From Eledone cirrhosa (Eukaryota), in contig OZ024740.1 of NCBI GenBank assembly GCA_964016885.1, forward strand, positions 278,876,001-278,940,000: a stretch of 64,000 nt of DNA, read 5' to 3'. The notes below the pieces were generated by a model. It was not told the DNA's origin, did not search any database, and was given only the letters and a program-made list of their open reading frames with translations. This document shows, piece by piece, positions 52,010 through 63,850 of the stretch. The first letter of the stretch is position 1. Each line of letters opens with the position of its first letter. The position numbers were made by a program, and so were the translations under genes.

Positions 52010-55000
52010 AGATGGCCGACTGGATAGACGTGTTTTTATTTCTCCCCAATTATTTTTTCTCATTTTCCCCATTCCTTCCTCTCATCACTATTAACTTTCT
52101 ATGTATCTTTTAATTCTAACTATCGTCTGATGAAGGACGAGTGTCCGAAACTTTAAGACTCTTCCTGCTATTCACACACACACAACAGAAAGGTGAAAGA
52201 ATTATGGCCGGATATGGCTGGTTTAAATGCTAAAGGGTTAAAGTCAGCAGTCAGGATGATGGAGTCGCTGTCATATGTTACTGAAGTAGTCTGTAAGTCA
52301 CTAAAAAACAGTTTTTGTAAAACAAACAAAAAAAAGTTTATATGTTGGTAACATGGTCATTCTATTTTCATTCCTTTCTGAGATAACCAGATAAGATACA
52401 TAAAAACTTATCAAACAAGTAATCAAACAAGCCGAACAAAAACAGAAGCACTTAAATTGCCAGTGCTTGGATTTGTTGGATGTGGAAGGAAATGATAGGA
52501 GTACAATGTGTAGTGGAAATCATTCAAAAGTGAGAAAGATATCCATCTGGTTATGAAGATGTGGGAGAGAGGAAGAGAGAAAGAGAGAGAATGGAGAGAT
52601 GTGATTGGAGTGAAAGAGATTGGTTGTTGTGCACTAGTCTAAAATCAGAACAAAAGTTGGGATTTAATATCAAGTTGGACTGAGGTAATCAAGGCTAAAC
52701 ACCTTTTTCTGACAACTACTGATGGAATGTAAAACTAAAGTGTTTTACACCAAAATACAATTGAAACAGTGACTCAAAAGTCATTAGAGCATTTTAAAAT
52801 ATAAGTGTATTTATTATTTATAAATGTGCGATCATTTATATATTTTAGAAAACATTATTTAAGTGGCTGACATGGCTGTGTGGTTAGGAAATTTGCCTCA
52901 CAACCACATAGTTTCAGGTTCAGTCCCACTGCATGGAGCCTTGACCAAGTGTCTTTTACTATAACCTCAGGTTGAACGCCTTATGAATGGAAATGGTAGG
53001 CAGAAAATGTACAGAAGCCACTTCATATTTTGAAGTAAGAATGTGATGGGTAAAACTAAATACTTCACGGCAGTTTGCCTGTGAATATTTAATAAATAAA
53101 AGGGTTATTATATTTTGAAATGGTCTGGTGACTTTTGAGCCAACCTGTATAACACAAACAGAAATAGCAGGTAGACCAATACTTTTATGCCTTGATGATC
53201 TTATAGACATTTTTTTTTTTTATAAGAAATAAAAGATAATGATTAAAAAAAAAGCAAGTAGTACATAACACTTACCCCAGCACCAGTGAGAACCATTATT
53301 TTCTGTGAAGTCTTTAAAAGATGTACAACATCATCTATAGTATTGACATAGCTTAATTTCTGCCTTTTCGGCGGTTCTGATATAAAATTCACCAATAACC
53401 CCCATAATGTCATTTCATCAAGATCAGGTGGGATAAATGTGTCCTGTGAAGTGATTTCTTTGAATAACATCCTGGGATCCCGACCCATACTCATCTGCCG
53501 CTGGACCCAGTTCAATGGCCCTAAAACAAAATAAAAAATAGCACATTATTACATGCCCTCTAGGCACATTAGGTCACCAATAGAGTAATCTCCCCTTAAT
53601 ACATAATGTAGTGTCAGGGGAAGCAATTCATAAAAAATATTCAGCATGCTAAAGATTAATAGCAAACTCTAAAAAACTAAGCATATAACAGATTTTTTTT
53701 TTCTTTTGCTTTAGTATAATTTTTCTTGATTCTACTGCAGCCAAAAGATTCATTCAACATCAGTCATGTCAGTTTCTTTGAACACAGTTCAAGGTCTTCT
53801 TTGAGAGACCTAGACTTTCCCTACCTCCTCTATTTAATACTTTCTGGAACACATACTAGTACTAAGCTTACACATCTATCAGAAGACACAGAATGTTTCC
53901 TATTAGTCGTCTCTTTCATAGACATCAGTAGTAGGAAACCTGGGTTCTAAATGTCTTCATTGTCTTCTATATTAGATATGTATAAGACATTGTGAAGCAA
54001 CATGCTAGATTAATATAGATGTAACCAGGTTGGTTCTATACAACGTAGAGCTTCTCAAAAACACTAACTTATTACAAAAAAAAATTCCTTTTAAAATTGA
54101 ACTTCAAAAATTAAAAAACTTTGTATGTATGGACCTGTAACTCTTGAGGGAATTGTAGGGGCACCATATTGACATACAGCATTTCTAGGGCATTTTATTT
54201 TAAACCTAGCAGAGCCCATCTCCTCTTCAAGTCTGAACAGAGAAGGATAGAGAATGAGAAAATGGAAGTGAGAGAGATATAGAGGAAGAATCGACCCCAG
54301 TACTAGACTGGTACTTTTTTTATTGACCTTGAATGAATGAAAGGCAAAATCGACCTCAGAGGTATATCTGAACTCACAGAAACAAATACCACAAAGCATT
54401 CAATCTGACGTTCTAACAACTGCACCAATTTGTCGCTTCTCTAAAAACTTTACTTTTGCTACTTTTTTGGGACTTGAGATTTTGAATAATCAGAGGAAAA
54501 AAATGTTACATCATTTTTATATCCTTCTTCACCCTGAGAGGGTCATGAGGATAGAGTCCTCAAACACTCCTGCCATTCAGAAGCAACTATCTCGAACTGA
54601 TCCGGCTGGATCCCCATGTGAGACCAGAGGAACTGATGGATCTCATCCAACCATTTTGCTAAGGGCCTACCCTTGGATCCTCTGCCAGTTGGTTTTGCTT
54701 GTAAAATCTGTCCAACCACATGCCCATAGTATCAGAGCTGTGATCTCTCAATTAGGAGAAGTAGCGGCTCTTACCTGAACTGACTCTCTGATCTCCGAGC
54801 TATGCACTCTATTGAGAAACGCTACAGTTTGACATGAAATTTATTACATACACAACTTTTGCATCATCTTAAATATCAATAGGTGGTTGGCAGAGCCATT
54901 AAAACATTGGACAGAATGCTTTGCGGTATTTCCTCTGGCTCTCTGCACTCGACTTCAAATAACACCAAGGTCAACTTTTCCTTTCATTCTTTCAAAGTCA

Positions 55001-57477
55001 GTAAATAAAGTACCAGTTCAATATTGGGGTTGATTCTCTCTTTCTCTTTTTAAAAATCAGCTGTTTTTCAAACTAGAGAGGTTAAAAATGCCCAAGATAT
55101 GATGGGCCAAGAAGACTCCCGTGGTTAAGCACCCTTTAACTTTTTTTAGTTTAATTCTGTATCCTGATTTAATACTTTTTCTTTCCGTTTGAGAAATAAG
55201 GGGCAGCACTCCTGACCATTTTTTCAGAGCCTCAGACTAGGTTGATGGTCTGAGGTTACCGCTGTAGCAAGTAGTGTATCCATTATCTTCACACAGGTGA
55301 CTTGATCAGAATACTTTGTAATAGAGTGGTCCCTATTTAAGGTAGCTAAATACCATGTTAAGGTGTTAAACTGGAGAATGTATTAAGGATACAACCCTGC
55401 ATTATAAATCTTAATTTTGATAATTAAACTTGAAATTAATTCAACAGATTAAATTCAAAACAATATGTATGTATACAAAGAGGATAATAATTATAAAAGA
55501 TGTATTATAATACCAGTTGTTGTGGCAGACAGTCTGTTATAAACAGTATAATATGGGACTAGTGAAGATGCGTGACTTTGTGTTTAGAGTATTCAGCTCA
55601 AGATCGTAAGGTCGTGAGTTCAATTCCCGGTGCTGTGTCTTTGAGCAAGACATTTTATTTCATGCCACTCCAGTCCATTCAGCTGGCAAAAATGAGTTGT
55701 ATCTGTAATTCGAAGGGCCAGCCTTGTCACATTCTGTGTCACACTGAATCTCCCTGAGAACTACGTCATGGGTACGCATGTTTGTAAAATGCTAAGCTTC
55801 TTGCACGTTAATTTCACGAGTAGGTTGTTACGTTGAATGTATGAATTGGAACATTCGTCGTAACCAAAGGAGTGCCGCCTCGTCGCTCTAATGTTGGACT
55901 AAATACCTTACAATATTTAAGTAATTAAAAAAATCTTTTTTGTAATATGTGATTTCAAATCCTGCCAGAAGCAACACTCCCTATGAGGTTGATGAAATAA
56001 GTACCAGTCGTATACTGAAATAAACTATATTAGTCATAAATGTTCTCCAGCAAACTTGGCCTTGATCCTAATTCAAACAGAATTCTATAATTTATTAGAG
56101 GAACAGACTCTAAATAATTAAATATAATACTAGAAAGATAAGATTCTGGTGAATTCCTGACAATTACGTTAAGAGTACAAGTGACTGTAGAAAGCTCAGC
56201 CATTTAAATTTTAATTTCATGAACAGACTGTTCCGTTGATTGAACAACTGGAACACTCAACAGAGGTCCATTCCATTCTGACCATCCATTCAAGACAAAT
56301 TCCTACATTATTTTCTTTTGTCTACCAAAATTCACTTACAAAGTTTTGGTTGAACCAAAGATTAGGTACAAAACACTTGCCTGAGGTATCACACAGTAAA
56401 ATTGAACCCAACACTATGTAGATGTGAATCAAACTTCTGGATAATCAGCTAAAGTCAGCAGTTCATACCCTATCACTAACACTGATTTGTGTCTATAACC
56501 TAAACACTTAATTCTAAGTAAATACTTACTCCACATGGAGTATTATTTCCTTATAAGCAACTGCAACACTGAATTTTACAAGTATTTCATTTGCTGAGAA
56601 AAACTACCTACTTAACACTATGGAAACTCAATCTGCTTTATTATAATCCAAGTCAGGACTTGAATTTCTTACACCCACAAACAGATGACAGACCTTTTGT
56701 TGTAGAAGCCAGGACATCATACACAACTACAATAATAAAATACAGCCACTTCTTGAAAATCTTCAGTCACCCATGCAGCTGTATTTTCTATTGTTCAATG
56801 GTGTCTATGAAGTAGAGTCTTGATCACCTTTGAAAACAAAGGATAAGCAAGAAAATGGAAACCAGATATAAGCACTACTCCAAAAGACACTTGTGTGAAG
56901 GCATGTGGCCTCAAGGTTAGGGTGTTGATCTCACAATAGTAAGGCCATAGGTTCAATCTCTGAACTAGTCAGTACATTGAATCCTTCAGCAGGTTGGTCT
57001 AATCCACTAGCTGAAATAAGTACAAGCAGCAACTGGGGTTAACCTTGTGATCAACTAGCATCCTGTCCATGTGGGAGTCTTATAATTTCAGTTACTTAAA
57101 TCCATATGAGACCAAGATAAGCTCTGGTCTTCATCCAACCTATGCCAGAATTGAAAAAGAATGTAAAACCAACACACACATTTAGATTTTAGAAAGACAA
57201 GCATATCATAACTTTCATTTTTCTAGCCCTCCTTCATTATAGGTTTCAGGCCTCTGTGTAAACAGGTATGCTACGCCAGGCAAAACAGGTATACGACTTC
57301 TGTATACCCTTCCTCATTGAGACACAATAACTGATATAACTAGCCATAGCAAGCTGCATCAAATGAATATAATTTCATGTAGATTTTTTTTTTTTTACCT
57401 GAGACAGGCCTCCATGCATCCTCATCTAAAACTGACAGGTCACTGATTTCACTAACATTATCAAAGTTATCCACATT
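38513..57477 (-). CDS. SIRT1: SIRT1 NAD-dependent protein deacetylase, multi-exon gene span (5'-partial; 9 exons in window)
   Basis: Exons of 79+245+153+148+80+187+408+141+689 nt splice at GT-AG sites with compatible phases into one 709-aa frame. It contains LTGAGVSVSCGIPDFRS, YTQNIDTLE, QCHG, CxxC..CxxC, KPDIVFFGE, IGSS, INRE and the C-terminal regulatory segment LFLAPSQYVYPGAEIY. Confidence 0.96.
39580..39686. repeat. fold-back inverted repeat between (TA)n tracts
   Basis: ataggaaaaagtatgacccc(c)gacggc pairs with gccgtcggggtcatactttttcctat, and cgacggctatttctggact pairs with agtccagaaatagccgtcg. Confidence 0.9.
40258..40398 (-). CDS. SIRT1: SIRT1 exon (PVKNSCDENN...KQSLGKQLK)
   Basis: ttctag acceptor and GTTTGT donor; 141 nt, phase 1-1, stop-free; leads in frame into E-N-Q-V-L-F-L of the last exon. 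Confidence 0.8.
40737..40955 (-). mobile_element. piggyBac-type MITE family A
   Basis: TTAA-CCCTTTAACATTTA ... TAAATGATAAAGGG-TTAA. Confidence 0.88.
42060..42275 (-). mobile_element. piggyBac-type MITE family A
   Basis: TTAA-CCCTTTAGCATTTA ... TAAATGCTGAAGGG-TTAA. Confidence 0.9.
42367..42774 (-). CDS. SIRT1: SIRT1 exon (YIPAHVPQILINREPL...FDVELLGD...)
   Basis: ttccag acceptor and GTAAGT donor; 408 nt, phase 1-1; end of the catalytic core plus a disordered linker. Confidence 0.93.
44178..44364 (-). CDS. SIRT1: SIRT1 exon (VIPRCQVC...KPDIVFFGE...VRPVALIP)
   Basis: aaacag acceptor and GTGAGT donor; 187 nt; second CxxC and the GSS motif. Confidence 0.97.
45472..45551 (-). CDS. SIRT1: SIRT1 exon (GSFATATCMNC...EDIFNQ)
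   Basis: gtacag acceptor and GTTAGT donor; 80 nt; first Zn-binding CxxC. Confidence 0.96.
46581..46702. mobile_element. Tc1/pogo (Tigger-like) MITE
   Basis: TA-CAGGTAAAATTCTGTTATAAC ... GTCATAACGGAATTTCACTG-TA. Confidence 0.65.
46916..47144 (+). mobile_element. piggyBac-type MITE family A
   Basis: TTAA-CCCTTTAACATTTAAACCGG ... TAAATGCGAAAGGG-CTAA. Confidence 0.88.
47333..47611 (-). mobile_element. tRNA-derived SINE (CORE-like), full length
   Basis: Minus strand GGAGGCGCGTGGCCTAGTGGTAAGG..GGGTTCGATTCC; same family as 3402-3692. Confidence 0.85.
47733..47880 (-). CDS. SIRT1: SIRT1 exon (EIYPGQFEPS...LLHNYTQNIDTLE...IQCH)
   Basis: cttcag acceptor and GTAAGT donor; 148 nt; contains TQNID and the catalytic His. 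Translated by hand because it is absent from the ORF track. Confidence 0.97.
48713..48925 (-). mobile_element. piggyBac-type MITE family A
   Basis: TTAA-CCCTTTAGCATTTA ... TAAATGCTAAAAGG-TTAA. Confidence 0.9.
50690..51515 (-). mobile_element. stack of five or more co-oriented Nin-type SINEs separated by (TAA)n
   Basis: Repeated aattgtttctact.taggcacaaggcc tails near 50950, 51110, 51145 and 51333. Confidence 0.85.
51600..51752 (-). CDS. SIRT1: SIRT1 exon (VSVSCGIPDFRS...PFFKFAK)
   Basis: ttgcag acceptor and GTTAGT donor; 153 nt; near-canonical SIRT1 peptide. Confidence 0.97.
52008..52172 (+). mobile_element. short element with hammerhead core after a (TA)n tract
   Basis: CTGATGA-A-GGAC-gagt-GTCC-GAAAC at 52127-52151; the downstream ctcttcctg is shared with 14748. 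Confidence 0.6.
52822..53085. repeat. inverted duplication, partner 59203-59560
   Basis: Reverse-complement match spanning unique flank plus two different SINE pieces. Confidence 0.8.
53276..53520 (-). CDS. SIRT1: SIRT1 exon (GPLNWVQRQM...KIMVLTGAG)
   Basis: ttttag acceptor and GTAAGT donor; 245 nt; encodes the N-terminal helical domain and the start of the Rossmann fold. Confidence 0.95.
54520..54820 (-). mobile_element. RTE LINE 3' fragment
   Basis: Homologous to 2110-2420 (ctctctgatctccgag, gagctgtgatc.ctcaatt). Confidence 0.75.
57399..57477 (-). CDS. SIRT1: SIRT1 exon (N-terminal, NVDNFDNVSEISDLSVLDEDAWRPVS/G)
   Basis: ttacag acceptor and gtaaaa donor; 79 nt, phase 0 to 1; joins the next exon in frame to give W-R-P-V-S-G-P-L-N-W-V-Q. 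Confidence 0.85.
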
Positions 57478-58220
57478 CTGTAATGAAATTTAAGAGATAA
57501 TTAGTGAAATATTACACAAGAAACAACACTGACTTCAAATATATAAATATATATATATATATGAGACTTAAAAATATGTTTGTTTGTTTAGAAAGCTGTG
57601 CAATGCAAGTGGGTTAAATTGCCAAGGTAATAATCTGAAGGAAATTGTAAGAGAAAGCAAAATAAAAGACAGGAAGAATGACTGAAAGTTACATTAGCAA
57701 TTTTCTCCGAAGCCCCGCACCACTACCACAGACGCCCCCTTGATAATGAATGGTTAATCCAAAAGACTTGGGGAATATCAAATTGTTATGGTAACTTTCA
57801 GTAATTTTTCCTTTCTTTTATTTTGCTTTCCCTCTCAATTCCCTTCAGACCTTGGCAACCTAACCAATTTGCATTGTATGGTTTTCTAAACAAACAAATG
57901 GACTTTTAAGTTTCATATTCCACAGGCTTCAAATAAACTATCATACCTTAATATATATGTGTATAGCATAGAGAAAAAAACAAAAACAAATGCAAATCCT
58001 TCTATTAGAAGTCAATTACTAAATTTTTCTTAAACAAGATATTCATCAATAAATAATCAGCTCTACAGACTCTGTTAAAGTGGTGAATTGGCAGAAGTGT
58101 TAAAGCATTGGATGGGATGAAACACATTGCTCTCTATGTTCTGAGTTCAAATCTTGAAGTCAACTCTGCATTTCATCCTTCCAGGGTCAATAAATGAAGT
58201 ACCACACTAGAAATGTAGGT

Positions 58221-58500
58221 AGAGGCACGTGGCCTAGTAGTAAGGGTGTTGGACTTACGATCATAATGTTGTGGGTTCGATTCCTGGACTGGGTTGTGTG
58301 TTGTGTTCTTGATGAAAACACTTCAATTGCTACAGTATATTCAGCTGAAAATGAGTACCAGCAATAGCTGAGGGTTTAACCCTGCGATGGACTGGCATCA
58401 TGTCCAGTACGGAGTCTTCTACTCTCAGACACTTCACACCACAAAAACTAGAATAAGCACTGGCTTGATGAGCCTCCAGGCTCCTGAGAGACTTTAGACA
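58221..58500 (+). mobile_element. tRNA-derived SINE (CORE-like), full length
   Basis: GTGGCCTAGTAG A-box, GGTTCGATTCC B-box and the family body. Confidence 0.85.
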
Positions 58501-59405
58501 AGTGCTGTTGGCTGATCCAATCATTGGAACATCAAACAGGATACCATGTGGTATTAGTGCTAACCCTTTGAATTGAGTTGAGTTTAAATGCTGCCTGGTC
58601 TATGTAGGTGGTAATCTTAATCCACAGTCCAGTTGAACACCACCATCTGACCCTTAGAGCCATTCTGTTCCAAGCATTCAGGTTGGGACTCTGCTTTCCT
58701 TCCTCCCACTAGTCTCAGAAGCATGAAAACAGCCATAGGCACTAGCTAAGCAATAAAAACCAACAAGTGAGATACTACTCCTATTCCACCCACACCCACT
58801 ACATAGGAGATGAACTCAATAACTTCAGAGTTACTACTGCTTTCAGTGGTCATTTGATCTAACCCTATAGTAACTAGATAGACTAGACCTTTTAAAAATT
58901 AAGTGATTTGGTCATAGACAATACAGTTCTGGTGAGAGGAAACAAACTAGTGACCTGATAACTAGCTGTCTAATCCCCTATCAAACTAGCCGCCAGAAAA
59001 AAACCCTAGTTAGCAGGGAGAACAGATGTTAAATGATGATGATCAAAATTACTGGTGAGGGGGTGTAATAATGTACAAAGCAAATTTTAATAAGAGTTGT
59101 ATTTAAGAGGATAACTGAGAGTATAGGGCTGATAGATTTTAATGTTTTTATTATAAGAATCTGAAAAAAAAAAGGCAGTGGATTGTTAGAATCCATAGAA
59201 TAGCAGACAAACTGCTGTGAAGTATTTAATTGTGCTCATCACATTCTTACTTCAAAATATGAAGAGGCTTTTGCACATTTTCTGTCTACCATTTCCATTC
59301 ATAAAGCATTGTTCAACCTGAGGTTATAGTAAAAGACACTATGCAGTGGGACTGAACCTTGTGGATGCAAGGCGAATTTCCCAACCACACAGCCATGTCT
59401 GCCAC

Positions 59406-59521
59406 TTAACCTTCTGGAGACTCCAGGCGCATTAAGTCGCCGATAGAGTAATCTCCCCTTAATACATAATGCAGTGTCAAGGGAAACAATTCATAAAAAT
59501 GTCTAGCATGCTGAAGGTTAA
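59406..59521. mobile_element. 108-bp TTAA-specific MITE family C
   Basis: TTAA-CCTTC...GAAGG-TTAA. The empty paralogous site has a single TTAA at 52859-62; a second copy lies at about 53555-53659. Confidence 0.85.
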
Positions 59522-59687
59522 ATAATGTTTTCTAAAATATAAAAATGATCACACATTTTTGGAAATATATAGTTGATTTAATTGATCCTTGTCAGTATCA
59601 CTGATCCCCTAACTACTAGTGGTATGGTAGAGATACTATGAAAAGCTATATCTTTGGCATTTTAAAACCTAGTGGCACCGAAAAAGA

Positions 59688-59872
59688 TTAACACTTTAGC
59701 ATTTAAACCGGCCATAACCCGCTGCTCGTACTTATGTTAAGGCATTGTTCTTAGAATAAATACTATCAAAATCTCGTAGATTCGATATTATGTGAGATAA
59801 TTATGGGAAATAAAATGTTTACTGAGAAAATACAATAGTAAATATAGAGTAATGTAAATGTTAAAGGGTTAA
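59688..59872 (+). mobile_element. piggyBac-type MITE family A (internally deleted)
   Basis: TTAA-CACTTTAGCATTTA ... TAAATGTTAAAGGG-TTAA. Confidence 0.85.
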
Positions 59873-62029
59873 AGGCAAAGTTGGCCTTAGTAGAATTTTA
59901 ATTTAGAGTGCAGAGAGCCAGAATATACACTGCAAAGCATTTCGTCCAATATGCTAATGAATTTGTTTATTTGCTGATATGTTAATATAAACAATTATAA
60001 ATATGACTGCTACATTTTTTATCAACCCCAGAAGGATGTAAAGAGGGCCCTTGTTGTGTCTATGACCAACAATCTCTCTAGTGATGGTATCATGAAAAAT
60101 ACACCCAGTAAGATGGTTGATGATAGGAATGGTATCCAGCTATAGAAACCAAGAAAAAGGGTTGAAAGGACTGTTTAGTCAAGTCAAGGACACAACCACC
60201 TTTCTAGAAAACTTGCTAAACAAAGGATCAGAAGGACTCTTCAGCTGTGTCAAAGACATAACATAACCTCCCTAGTGTTGGTGATAGGAAGGATATCGAA
60301 CTGTAGAAAACTTGCCAAACAAATGGGCGATGAGACTCTTCAGCTGTATCAAAGACATGGCAAACTCCCTGGTTCAACGTTAAAATGCACTCAGCAGAGT
60401 GTAGGAACATAAGTGAGATGCATTTAAATTGTAAATTCAACTTTCTCGCTGTTTTTCTAGTTCGATGTATTTATTGTTTACTGTACTGTCTTTGTTTTTT
60501 TATTTAAAAGCACTCTGGTAGAGTGCTTTTGGCAATCATCATATTTGTTCAATGTGAATCAATTGCCGTGTTGTTCTGTAAAAGGTCAGGCTTGGCTTAT
60601 CTTCTCTTTGATATGCAATCGCGAGTCACTAAAAGTTGAAAACTACTAGACACTTGCAACCAGTACAGGGAGGCAAACTTCCCCTGATGACACAGTCCCA
60701 CGCCAAATTACGTAATGCATGCTAACATTACCTAATATTCTGCACATGGTTGTTCCATTCGGGACACTGTCAGTAGATCGAAACTGTAGAAACTGATGCA
60801 TCGGTCAGGCTATATCAAACTGTCTTCCTCCCTTATTAATATATGTGTGCACTCTAACCAGTTGAGTTTGAATTTTAATAATACAAACTTGATTATTGAG
60901 TGAGGAAACGACTGGAGCTATTGATTCTCTTTATTTGACAAGCTTTGTCTCTTAATTAATTATATATATATATATATATTTCGTTTTTGTATTTGTTTAA
61001 CAAATGTAACAAAACATATATCATCATTATTTAACATTGCTTTCCCTGCTAGCAAAGGTTGCATGGGTCTACATAGACCAAGTCAGTACTGAAGCAGGGG
61101 CACTGATATCCCAGACAGACCGAGGTCATTATCGAGTGCAGAGCAGTTGTCGTGTCTTCTAACACAAACTGAAGGATCCTCTTAACCCTTTGTTTGCAAC
61201 CTTTCTACAGCTGAATGCCCTTCCTAAAACCAACCACTTTCCAGCCTATATTGCGTGCTTTTATAGTGTAGATCACCAACACTAGGGAGGGTGTCATGAC
61301 CTTGACTCAAGGTCTATGGCTGGATGCCTTTCCTATCACCAACCACTTTTCAGCATGTACTACATGTGTTTATTGTGTAGACCAACACTAGAGAGGTTAT
61401 TGTGTCTTTGACACAGCTGAAGGGTCCTCTCAACCCTTTTAGGCATGGTTTCCACAGCAAGGTGCCCCTCCTGTCCCCAACTACCCATATAACACCATCA
61501 TTAGATAGGTTGTTGATCACAGAGCTACTGTAGAGCCCTCTCAGCTCTAGGGAGGGGGCAATAGGGAAGGGAGGTGGATATTAAGTTATAGGTATTTGTG
61601 AGGTTGGGTAGGGATGGCTGAGTAATGTATAGGGTTGTAGTGGTGTGAGGGATGTGGTCAAAATGGCGGGGGTGGGGACATGATGGAGAGATAGTTAGGT
61701 GGTAAGGCATAGGTGTAGCTGGTTAGTATTTGGAGAGTGGGGATGTGCGCAATAGAGAAGGGAGGGTCATGGTGAAACGATAGGAAGTAGTGAGGGAGTA
61801 AGGGGTGGTAATGGGGGTGAACAAGGATTAGAAAGAGTAGCTGCTAGGATGCAATGGTGAGAATATCTAAGGTTATTAGAGGGGGTAGGGGGATAGTAGT
61901 TAAGGAGTGGTTCTGGAAACAGCATAGGTGGTAGGTGCTGTAGTGATGAGGAGTGCTAGGGAGAGGGAGGAGAAGTGACTCATGGATGAGTCAGGTCATA
62001 TTCTAAGTTTCTGGCCAGGTCTTCATCAT

Positions 62030-62310
62030 AACAGCATAGCCCCAACACTCTCAGTCCTTTGTCATCTCAGTTGTGAGGCTTAGTTTAAGGTCACTCTTCA
62101 TTATCTCATCCCATGTCTTCCTGGATCTGCCTTTTCCTAGGGTTCCAACCACTGGAATAGCTCTGCATTTCTTCATGCAGCTGCTATCCTCCATACGCAT
62201 CACATGTCCATACCACTGCAATCTTCTTTCTTGCACATTACATCCAATTCCCCTTATGCCAAGTTTTCCTCACACTATGCCATTCATGCCACACTAACAT
62301 TACACATCTA
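62030..62310 (-). mobile_element. RTE LINE 3' fragment
   Basis: QERRLQWYGHVMRM..GKGRSRKTWDE. Confidence 0.8.
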
Positions 62311-63319
62311 TATAAATTATGGAAAAGGAAGACCTAGGAAATCTTGAGATGAAGTGATAAAAGCTGACTTTGCACATTTACATCTCTCAAAGATGAAACA
62401 AGATCGAGATCTCTGGGTGTTATGCAGAAGACCTGCCTCCCCACATGCACAGGATGAAACAAACAAGATGAAGACACTAGTCTGCACCAATCTTCTCCCT
62501 ACTCCTCCCCAATTCACCCTTCCTATTCTTAATACCACTCTTCCACCAGCTAAATTCCTACTCATCCCTGCCCCCAACTCTTACCTTCCTCACCACTGAT
62601 ACACCTCTTTTGTCCAACCCATGCATACAAGTACTGAAAGCTGGACACGTTCCACATTTGTTCCCTCAACAAACAATCACTAAGTCCATCTTGTATGGCG
62701 ATCTGGTGCCACAAAAGGCTCCCAGTCCACCCTGTATAGTGGTTGTGTTGGCGACACGAATGAGGAGGGAGGGGGGGGGGGGGGCACCTAGTCCACATTT
62801 TAAGGTGGTGGTGACAGGATGAAAAAGTGCCCAGTCCACCCTGTAAGGTGCTGGTAACACATTGAAAAAGCACCCAGTCCACACTCTGTCATTAGGAAGG
62901 GCATCCAGCAGTAGAAACCAAGCCAAAAACAGATCATGAGCTTCACCTGGTCACCTGATCTGATTTCTCTAATAATGCGAAGGTCCATCAAACCCGTGCA
63001 AGCATGAAAAAAAGATGTTAAACGATGATGATGATGATGATAATCGTATATACATATTCATATATATAAAATATACATTTAGTAGCCCCACTTATTTGGC
63101 GACAATATGTTCAGATTGTAAAGCAGTAACATGATATTTAATTCATACATGTTTTCAACACCAACTTGAAACTTTATTCATTAAAAATAAATTAATTGCA
63201 TTGAAGTGTCTAATAAACAATTTTTTTTTTTTTATTTTGTCACTCTGAACCTATTGCAGCAGGAATAAGACTGAGATAGGAAATGCATTATTTGTATACG
63301 GGTGCATGATTACATGTGT

Positions 63320-63850
63320 CGTTGTCATCGTCATCATCATTTAACGTCCATTTTTCCACGAGTTGTCCAGTTGAGAGTCAGGTCAGGTCAGATCAGATGA
63401 CCATGTCTTGCTCATACAGAACTGTTTTGGGCTTGGTTTCTATGGCTAGATGCCCTTCCTAACGCCAACCACATTTACAGTGTGGACTGGGAGCTTTTTG
63501 TCAAGTCACCTACATGACCACTTTAGAATGTGAACTGGGCACTTTTTGTTGTAGCCCCAAAATGACCACTTTATAGCGTGGAGAGCGCACTTTTTGTCGT
63601 GTCACCTACACAACCACTTTACAGTGTGAACTGGCACTTTTTGTCGTAGCACCAAAATGACCACTTTACAGTGTGGACTGGGCACTTTTTGTCGTAGCAC
63701 CAAAATGACCACTTTACAGTGTGGACTGGGCACTTTTTGTCGTAGCACCAAATCGACCACTCTACAGTGTGAACTAGGAGCTTTTTGTCATGTCACCTAC
63801 ACGACCACTTTACAGTGTAGACTGGGCACCTTTTGTCATGGCACCAGAAC
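63320..63850 (-). mobile_element. (GAT)n-tailed retroposon with about 8 units of the 48-bp repeat
   Basis: Reverse complement of the 21275-22397 element; opposite-strand copy at 62700-63042. Confidence 0.85.
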
